In this document: positions 17,092 through 23,808 of the stretch, piece after piece | How the letters are laid out: every line of letters starts with the position of its first letter | How positions within the stretch are numbered: position 1 is the first letter of the stretch | Assembly: GCA_041498975.1 (NCBI GenBank) | Contig: JBGQJI010000031.1 | Location: 1 to 23,808 of the forward strand | Direction: 5' to 3' | DNA: 23,808 nt | From: Candidatus Methylomirabilis sp. | Lineage (GTDB): Bacteria > Methylomirabilota > Methylomirabilia > Methylomirabilales > Methylomirabilaceae | Notes under the pieces: model-generated | Seen by the model: the letters and a program-made list of their open reading frames with translations, nothing else | Database searches by the model: none | Told to the model about the DNA's origin: nothing | Program-made: the position numbers and the translations under genes

Positions 17092-19209
17092 TTAGAATTC
17101 TAGCCGAGCGCCGCCCTGGATGGAGAAGGGCGTTCCGATCTTGAGGATGCCTCCGCCCTTGTCGGTGTCGTACTGGCTGTCGAAGAGGTTCTGGATGGCC
17201 AGGAAGACCTGCCCTCCCTTGAAGGTCGGCAGGAACGCGAGCGGTGGGATCGGCCGGGAAAGGGTGAGGTCGACGACGGCGTAGCCTGTCAACTTGTCCT
17301 TGTTATCGGCGTCCTCGAACTTCTTTCCCTCCATTCGGACCTGTACGAGGGCATTGAACAGGGCCGGGTTGGTGTACCGCACGCCTATCGTGCCGGAATT
17401 GAACGGGACCTGGGTCAGCCGTTTGCCTTCGAGGTCCCGGTCCTGGGGGGCGTCAATGATGTGCGCCTCGGAGTAGAGGTAGCTACCTAGCAGACTCCAC
17501 TGAGAGTTCAGTCGGTACTCCACGTCGGCCTCGATGCCCCAGATGCGTGCCAGGTCAAGGTTGACCGGCGTCCGCACGTCCTCCCCCACGGTGGTGATGA
17601 CGTCGCGCAGGTAGTTGATGTAGCCGGTCAGCCGGGCCGTGAGACCGGGAACTCCCCAGTAGTCAAACCCCAGCTCGCCTCCGTCGAGGAATTCCGGGCG
17701 GAGGTTCAGGTTCGGGAGAAACACGAGGCTTTCTATCGATGAGATTCGAGTTTGCTCGGCGAGCGTTGGAGCCCTGAATGCCTCATAGCCTGCGCCCCGC
17801 ACCGCGAGGCCGTCGAGAAGCTCATATCGGAAAGTGAGCTTGGGGCTTACGGCGGTGTCATCGCGGTCCGGGACCTTGGTGACAGTCGTGGGCTGGCCCG
17901 TGAGCGTGTCGGTCACACTGAGGCCGAAGTTCTGAAAATAATCGACTCTCACCCCGAAGGCGATCTGGAGCTTTGGGATCGGCGTGTAGACATCCTGCAC
18001 GAAGAACCCGAAGAAATTTTGCTGGCCCTTGCTGATCCGCCGCTCGGAGACGGCGCCTGAAGGATCGACGAAGGTGTCATGAGTCTCTCCGTCTATCAAT
18101 CGGAAATCGGTGCCTGCCGTCAGGAGGTGGTCCGTGAAGAATCGCCGTGTCCAGGTGAGGGCTCCTCCCACATCGGTCGACGGGACCTGCTGGATCTGGC
18201 TGACGGATTCAGACGTTCGCGCGCTGAGGATCCGCGAGAACTGTTCGTTGAACGTGGTCAGGTGGGAGAAGACATTCAATTGCCAATCGCTGCCGTCTGC
18301 CGTCAGAAGCCTGCCACCCCCCACGATGAATCCGCGGTCTGTGTCGCTGATTCGTAGTGGTGTTCCAAGGTTTTTGTCCTCGGTGTAGTAGGCGCCTCGG
18401 AGGTACAGGGAGAGATTGGAAGCAGGGGAGTATTCGAGGCGTCCATTGAAGGTTTTGTGCTCGGATCCCGAGTCCTGATCGATCGGCCCACGTTGATTCG
18501 GGGCGATGATGTTGTACCCGTCTGTGTGAAGGAAGTTGCCAAACAGGCCGACGCGAACAGGGCCGAGCACGTCGGTGTAGGAGAGAGCATCGTCTGTCGT
18601 GCCCAGATTCCCGACGGAGACCTTGGTCTGCACCTCCCGCTTCTCGGGAGACTTGGTGATGATATTGATCACCCCTGCCTCGGCGAAGTTGCCCCAGAGG
18701 TTTGAACTGCCCCCTCGCACCACCTCAATCCGCTCGATGTTCTCCAGCGGCAGCTCTCCCCAGTAGAGGAAGCCTCCGAAGCCGTCGTTCACCGGGATGC
18801 CGTCGAGGAGCACCAGCGCCCGACTTGCGCCGCCCGGGCCGATGCCCCGAAGCGTGACCCCCTGGGCCTCCGGGTCCTGCTGGGGGGCTGTGAACAGGCT
18901 GCTCGACCGTCTGAAGGTATTGAAGCCGGGAATTTGTCGGAGCAGGTCGTCCACCGCCACGGCGCCCGACTGGGCGATCTCTTCCTTTGTTAGGACGGTC
19001 ACGCTGGCCGGGACCTCCTTCACCTTCATCTCCGTCCGGGTCGCCGTCACCACAACCGGCTCGAATTCAATGGCCTGTCCCGGCGGTTTGGATGGCGCGG
19101 TCGATTCCGGTGGGCTCTCGGCCGCCATGCCGAATGGTATCGGCCAGCAGGCGATGATGGAAACGAGCAGGAGTCCAACCAGGATCTTGCGCCGGCTTGC
19201 ATGATTCAT
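17092..19209 (-). CDS. TonB-dependent outer-membrane receptor
   Basis: Signal peptide; TonB box EPVVVTATR; plug LVLLDGIP...IERIEVVRG...GVINIIT; C-terminal NLFD...F; RBS GGAGGG before ATG 19209. Confidence 0.95.
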   Translation of the reverse strand: MNHASRRKILVGLLLVSIIACWPIPFGMAAESPPESTAPSKPPGQAIEFEPVVVTATRTEMKVKEVPASVTVLTKEEIAQSGAVAVDDLLRQIPGFNTFRRSSSLFTAPQQDPEAQGVTLRGIGPGGASRALVLLDGIPVNDGFGGFLYWGELPLENIERIEVVRGGSSNLWGNFAEAGVINIITKSPEKREVQTKVSVGNLGTTDDALSYTDVLGPVRVGLFGNFLHTDGYNIIAPNQRGPIDQDSGSEHKTFNGRLEYSPASNLSLYLRGAYYTEDKNLGTPLRISDTDRGFIVGGGRLLTADGSDWQLNVFSHLTTFNEQFSRILSARTSESVSQIQQVPSTDVGGALTWTRRFFTDHLLTAGTDFRLIDGETHDTFVDPSGAVSERRISKGQQNFFGFFVQDVYTPIPKLQIAFGVRVDYFQNFGLSVTDTLTGQPTTVTKVPDRDDTAVSPKLTFRYELLDGLAVRGAGYEAFRAPTLAEQTRISSIESLVFLPNLNLRPEFLDGGELGFDYWGVPGLTARLTGYINYLRDVITTVGEDVRTPVNLDLARIWGIEADVEYRLNSQWSLLGSYLYSEAHIIDAPQDRDLEGKRLTQVPFNSGTIGVRYTNPALFNALVQVRMEGKKFEDADNKDKLTGYAVVDLTLSRPIPPLAFLPTFKGGQVFLAIQNLFDSQYDTDKGGGILKIGTPFSIQGGARLEF

Positions 19210-19280
19210 GGCATTTCCCTCCATTGGGTAAGGTGGAACACTGCGTTGCTCGACACTGCCAACCTCGAATGGGACTCCGG

Positions 19281-19326
19281 AAAAAGAAAAACGCCTCGCA
19301 AGGGATACGTAACCTCTGCGAGGCGT
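19281..19326 (-). terminator. Intrinsic terminator in the receptor 5' leader (attenuator)
   Basis: Minus strand: ACGCCTCGCA...TGCGAGGCGT followed by TTTTCTTTTT, between the promoter and the start codon. Confidence 0.8.
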
Positions 19327-19390
19327 CGTGGCCTCTGGGAAGAAGGCGAAAGGGCCTTCTCCCCGAATCAGCTTCTCAAGCTAGCAACGG

Positions 19391-19419
19391 ATACTATTGA
19401 GACCTCGGTCGGTTGTCAA
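19391..19419 (-). promoter_or_regulatory. Sigma70-type promoter of the TonB receptor
   Basis: TTGACA, 17 bp, TAGTAT. Confidence 0.6.
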
Positions 19420-19496
19420 GCCTTTTTTCGGGCCTCTCCTTTTGAGGGGTCCAAGGACGAAGATAGTAACGGTGAATACTTCGAAAGTCCCGTCGC

Positions 19497-19611
19497 GTCA
19501 TTGCGAGGAGCGGGACCCCTCGCCGCAGCTCGGGGCAGGCTGCGCAATCTCTCAGTCTTTCATTAAGACTACGGTGAGATTGCCGCGCTCTCGTTGGTCG
19601 CTCGCAATGAC
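19497..19611. repeat. Palindromic intergenic repeat, copy 3 (simpler form)
   Basis: GTCATTGCGAG...GCAATCTC / GAGATTGCCGCGCTCTCGTTGGTCGCTCGCAATGAC; modules shared with copies 1 and 2. Confidence 0.88.
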
Positions 19612-19841
19612 AACAGATGAATAAAAGGGCTGGATCGTCCTACACTGTTGTTGAAAGGGGGAAAAGGGGGAAATTTCTTGACAGGCACCGTTCAATCTTC
19701 CATCGTAATACGCCGGTCCGCATCGGCGGCGCGGTTCTTTCCGGGTCGATCTGCTCCCTTCATCTCCCAGGGCGCGGAGAAGGCTCAAGGGGCGGACGGA
19801 ATCGGTTCTTGCGAAACGGAGCACTGGTGGCGGAACGTCAT

Positions 19842-20948
19842 ATGAGCGACACCGAGGCGGGAGCAAGCTACCTTCAGGCTGGGGTCGATACAACTCGCGA
19901 GGAGCAGGCCCTTTCGAGAGTCATCGCCGTGGCCAGCCAGACGTTCGCCTTCGTGCGGGGCATCGGGAAGCCGGTCCTGCCGATCGGCTTCTTTGCGAAC
20001 GTCATCGACATCGGTCATGGGATGGGGCTCGCCCTCTCGACCGACGGGGTGGGGACCAAGATCATGGTCGCGCAGATGATGCAGAAGTACGACACGCTCG
20101 GGATAGACTGCGTGGCCATGAACGCCAACGACGTCCTCTGCGTGGGCGCGCGCCCGATTTCGTTTCTCGATTACATCGCCGTGCAGGAGGCCAACCCCAC
20201 CCTCCTCGACCACCTGATGCAGGGGCTCAAAGAGGGGGCCCGCCGCGCGGGGGTCGCCATCTGCGGTGGGGAGATCGCGCAGGTCCGCGAAATGCTCGCC
20301 TCGGAGCGGGAGGGGTGGGGATGTGACCTGGTCGGGATGTGTGTCGGCCTTGTGCCGCTGGACAAGGTGATCGTGGGCAGGGCGGTAGCGCCGGGCGATG
20401 TCATCATTGGCCTGAGCAGTAGCGGGATCCACAGCAACGGTCTGACACTGGCCAGACAGGTCTTGTTCAAGCAGAATAAGTTCACTGTGGACGCCAAGTT
20501 CGAGGAACTCGGGCGAACGCTGGGGGAGGAGTTGCTCGAGCCGACTGCGATCTACGTGCCGGAGGTGGTCGAGGCGCTGGACCGATCGCTGGCGATCAAA
20601 GGGCTCGCCCATATCACGAGCGACGGGTTGCTCAACTTGTTGCGACTGGAGACGACGCCAAAGGCGGTCGGGTATGTCATCGATCGGCTCCCTCCGGTTC
20701 CGCCCATATTTTCCCTGATCCAGAAATCGGGGCATATCCCGGATCACGAGATGTTCAGGGTCTTCAACATGGGCATCGGCTTCTGCGCCGTCGTCTCCGA
20801 AGAGGATGCGGGGACCTTTGAAGAGATCGTCAGGAGTCACGGCAGGGAGGCCCTCCAGATCGGCCGTGTGGTCAGCGATCCACAACAGAGGGTTGTCATC
20901 CGGCCCTACGGATTGGTCGGCAAAGGGAGTGCATTCTTTAACGCCTAA
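19842..20948 (+). CDS. purM: Phosphoribosylformylglycinamidine cyclo-ligase (AIR synthase), divergent form
   Basis: SY..AGVD, STDGVGTK, GIDCVAMNAND, SSGIHSNG, LLEPT.IY and FNMGIG motifs. Confidence 0.9.
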   Translation: MSDTEAGASYLQAGVDTTREEQALSRVIAVASQTFAFVRGIGKPVLPIGFFANVIDIGHGMGLALSTDGVGTKIMVAQMMQKYDTLGIDCVAMNANDVLCVGARPISFLDYIAVQEANPTLLDHLMQGLKEGARRAGVAICGGEIAQVREMLASEREGWGCDLVGMCVGLVPLDKVIVGRAVAPGDVIIGLSSSGIHSNGLTLARQVLFKQNKFTVDAKFEELGRTLGEELLEPTAIYVPEVVEALDRSLAIKGLAHITSDGLLNLLRLETTPKAVGYVIDRLPPVPPIFSLIQKSGHIPDHEMFRVFNMGIGFCAVVSEEDAGTFEEIVRSHGREALQIGRVVSDPQQRVVIRPYGLVGKGSAFFNA

Positions 20949-21255
20949 CAGGCGCATCCATCGGCCAGGGTCCCAGGAGCTGAGACGCAAGCGGTTCGGG
21001 AAGAGGCGATCTGAACGCCTGAGCGCGGCTTGACGCCGCCACTGCCGGAAGGTCGAAAATTTCATTAGCGGCTAGCCCTCGGATGAGGTAAAATGCAGGT
21101 TCAGGTTTACGCGCACGGGGATGCCCCTTTCGCTAGGACGAGGCCCAATGGGGCTTCTACGCCACCGGAATAGCCCTTACCGACAGGACACATCCAGCAC
21201 GGTATCAGCTAACCCAGGGCCAGCGGACTACGCTGATCCCGAGGGAGGAAGTTAG

Positions 21256-22677
21256 ATGCGGAAGACGCTGTTTCTGAACCCCCCTTCGTATGCTGGGTTT
21301 GATGGGGGGGCCGGGTCCCGTTACCAGGCTCGTCGCGAGGTCCGATCGTTCTGGTACCCCACCTGGCTGGCCCAGCCGGCCGCCATGGTGGAAGGGAGCA
21401 AGCTGATCGACGCGCCACCCGATGGGCTTGGCGTGGAGGACGTGGTCCGGCAGGCCAGGGACTACGACCTGGTCATCATCCATACCAGCACCCCCTCTCT
21501 GAACAACGACGTGAAGGTGGCGGAGCGGCTCAAGCAGGAGCGTCCAAGCGCGCTCATCGGCTTCGTGGGAGCTCACGCCTCAGTATTGCCCGAGGAAACC
21601 CTTCGCGCCTCCGCGGCGATCGACTTCGTGACGCGCGATGAGTTCGACTATACGATCCGGGAGATCGCAAGCCGGGACCGGCTCGATGAGGTGGCGGGCA
21701 TCAGCTTCCGGAAGAACGGGCATACCGCGCACAACCCCGACCGCCCGATCATCCAGAACATGGACGATCTTGCCTTCGTCACCGACGTGTACAAGCGGGA
21801 CCTGACTGTTGAGAACTACTTCATCGGATACCTCCTACACCCCTACGTCTCGCTCTATACGGGGCGCGGATGCCGGTCGAGATGCACCTTCTGCCTCTGG
21901 CCGCAGACCCTAGGCGGGCACGTCTATCGGGTGCGCGGCCCGGAGAACGTCTTCCAAGAGATGAAGCTCGCCAAGGAGTATTTTCCGCAGGTGAAGGAGT
22001 TCTTCTTCGACGACGATACCTTTACCGATAACATCCCGCGCGCCATGGAGATCGCCCGGCGCTTGAAAACTCTCGGCATCACTTGGTCGTGCAACGCCAA
22101 AGCCAATGTCCCGTACGACGCCCTGAAGGTCCTCAAGGACTGCGGCTTGCGCCTGCTCCTGGTCGGGTATGAATCGGGCAACCAGCAGATTCTCAATAAC
22201 ATCAAGAAAGGGCTCCACCTCGAACAGGCCCGAAGGTTCACGCGGGACTGCAAGTCGCTCGGCATCCTCATCCACGGGACGTTCATCGTGGGCCTGCCGG
22301 GTGAGACGCCGGAGACCATAGAACAGTCGATCCGCTACGCCTGCGAGCTCGATGTGTACAGCATCCAGGTCTCGCTGTCGGCCCCCTATCCAGGGACCGC
22401 GCTGTACGAGCAGGCGATTCAAAACGGGTGGCTTGCCAAGGACAAGCTGGTCAATGACTCGGGCGTTCAGGAGGCGACACTGGAATACCCTGGCCTGTCC
22501 CGCGAGGCGATCTTCGAAGCGATGGAGCGCTTCTACATGCGGTTCTACTTCCGTCCCAAGCCGATCCTTCGCATTGTCAAGGATATGGTGAAGGACCGCG
22601 AGGTGATGGTACGACGGCTCCGCGAAGGCCGCGAGTTTCTCACCTTCATGTTGACGCATAAGAGTTCGGCGGCATGA
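21256..22677 (+). CDS. hpnJ: Hopanoid biosynthesis-associated radical SAM protein
   Basis: Characteristic N-terminus PPSYAGFDGGAGSRYQARREVRSFWYPTWLAQPAA; CRSRCTFC motif; B12-binding-like domain. Confidence 0.92.
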   Translation: MRKTLFLNPPSYAGFDGGAGSRYQARREVRSFWYPTWLAQPAAMVEGSKLIDAPPDGLGVEDVVRQARDYDLVIIHTSTPSLNNDVKVAERLKQERPSALIGFVGAHASVLPEETLRASAAIDFVTRDEFDYTIREIASRDRLDEVAGISFRKNGHTAHNPDRPIIQNMDDLAFVTDVYKRDLTVENYFIGYLLHPYVSLYTGRGCRSRCTFCLWPQTLGGHVYRVRGPENVFQEMKLAKEYFPQVKEFFFDDDTFTDNIPRAMEIARRLKTLGITWSCNAKANVPYDALKVLKDCGLRLLLVGYESGNQQILNNIKKGLHLEQARRFTRDCKSLGILIHGTFIVGLPGETPETIEQSIRYACELDVYSIQVSLSAPYPGTALYEQAIQNGWLAKDKLVNDSGVQEATLEYPGLSREAIFEAMERFYMRFYFRPKPILRIVKDMVKDREVMVRRLREGREFLTFMLTHKSSAA

Positions 22678-23808
22678 GCGACAACGGGTCGCAATGCACG
22701 ACCTCTCCCTCCCAAGTTCTGGTGCCGACGAGCCCGCTCGGAAACCGACTGCAATCGGTCAAGCAGGCCTTCCTCGAAGGCGGCCCCGGCTTCTGCCAGT
22801 TTGCCATCAATAATGCCTGCAATGCCGCCTGTGAGTTCTGCAGCTTCAGCCTGGATGCCCTGCCGAAGGAAGATTGGATCTTCGCGCCTCTGGCCAAGTC
22901 CAAGGAGGCGATCGACATCCTGGCCAGGCACGGCGTCCGGTACCTCGTCATCACCGGGGGAGAGCCAATGCTCCACCCCGACTGCTTCGACATCATCCGC
23001 CACGCGAAGGGCCATGGGATGGTCGTCATCCTGGTCACCAACGGATCTCGACTCGACGGGACGAACATCCATGCGCTGAAGGAGAGCGGGCTGTCGAGCG
23101 TCATCATCTCCATCGATGCCGCCTCGGCAAAAGCACACGAGGAGAACCGCAGGCTGCCGAAGGTCTGCGAGAAGATCAAGAAGGCGAACGAGCTGCTGAG
23201 GCAGCTCAAGATTCAAAGCACCGCGTCGGTTACGATGAACCGCCTCATCGACGACTACACCCTGCTCCCCGCCTTCCTGAAGGGCCTCGGCTTCGAGAGC
23301 GTGACCTTCTCGTACCCGTTGACCACCCTCGGCTCCAGCTTCCTGGGTCACGCCAATTCCCACCTCGTCAGCTACACCCCCGATGAGCTCCTGCGTGTCT
23401 TCGACGAAGTGAAGAAGCTCAAACGCCACCTGCATGTGGTCAACCCGACCGCCTCGCTCGAAGAAATGCAGCGGTTCCTGCGCAAAGAGCCTCAGCGGTT
23501 CGAATGCCTGGGCGGATATAAGTACTTTTACCTCGACTGGAACTTTCTCATCTGGCGGTGCCACTACTGGGAAGAGCCGATCTGCTCGATCTTTGAGTTC
23601 GACGATTCGCGCCGCATCCGGGACGGCTGCACCAGGTGCATGATCGATTGCTACCGGGATGCCTCCGTCATGCAACATGTGGCCGTGTCTGTCAGCGACT
23701 CCATCGCTCAGGCTCGACAGGGGATGTGGCGCGGCGCCGCCAAGAGTCTCTTCAATCGCGACAATCTCGCCTCGCTGAAGTCGGTGTTCGAGGGGCTGGG
23801 ATGGATCA
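22674..23808 (+). CDS. Radical SAM protein with a SPASM/twitch-like C-terminus, 3'-partial; absent from the ORF track
   Basis: ATGA overlap with hpnJ; CNAACEFC, TGGEP, VTNG, ISID; CLGG...WRC...CTRCMIDC; open to the end of the window. Confidence 0.9.
   Translation, partial: MSDNGSQCTTSPSQVLVPTSPLGNRLQSVKQAFLEGGPGFCQFAINNACNAACEFCSFSLDALPKEDWIFAPLAKSKEAIDILARHGVRYLVITGGEPMLHPDCFDIIRHAKGHGMVVILVTNGSRLDGTNIHALKESGLSSVIISIDAASAKAHEENRRLPKVCEKIKKANELLRQLKIQSTASVTMNRLIDDYTLLPAFLKGLGFESVTFSYPLTTLGSSFLGHANSHLVSYTPDELLRVFDEVKKLKRHLHVVNPTASLEEMQRFLRKEPQRFECLGGYKYFYLDWNFLIWRCHYWEEPICSIFEFDDSRRIRDGCTRCMIDCYRDASVMQHVAVSVSDSIAQARQGMWRGAAKSLFNRDNLASLKSVFEGLGWI

Noticed and set aside
19228..19246. T-box-like AAGGTGGAACAC
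   Set aside because: Wrong strand relative to the receptor gene, and no stem I or specifier loop
13803..19611. Repeats as a CRISPR array or IS ends
   Set aside because: No regular repeat-spacer periodicity, no cas genes and no transposase between the copies
19617..19841. N-terminal extension of PurM (similarly the track extensions of purA, the aminotransferase and the TonB receptor)
   Set aside because: Family similarity starts at downstream ATGs; some extensions span promoter or leader DNA
19785..21065. Long antisense ORFs (also 10784-11932, 22545-23678, 9478-10338) and the alternate-frame ORF 6744-7829
   Set aside because: Shadows of well-supported high-GC genes
20949..21255. 307-bp purM-hpnJ intergenic region as a riboswitch or sRNA
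   Set aside because: Only short GC hairpins; no recognisable aptamer or terminator by eye (an Rfam scan would be needed)

Overview
High-GC bacterial window. The gene set and style suggest Methylomirabilota/NC10 or Rokubacteria, but that is inference only. Bases 1-~6.4 kb are one end of an integrative element (prophage, satellite or island) inserted at the 3' end of tRNA-Lys(TTT). It carries a tyrosine integrase whose ORF reads through the tRNA antisense, two further decayed or non-catalytic tyrosine-recombinase-like ORFs, two ribbon-helix-helix regulators, a chain of ATGA-coupled Cys/His micro-ORFs, a membrane protein and a candidate HEPN (RxxxxH) defence RNase. The rest is core genome: an aminotransferase-serA-hisZ-purA operon, an M3-like peptidase, an FmdB zinc ribbon, a WYL regulator, an RDD protein, tRNA-Phe, a TonB-dependent receptor behind an attenuator-like leader, a divergent purM, hpnJ and a partial radical SAM gene. 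Three nested palindromic intergenic repeats are present. Two of them form a 162-bp, ~95% identical inverted pair around the FmdB/WYL/RDD/tRNA-Phe block. A heptamer-repeat hairpin lies between serA and hisZ.
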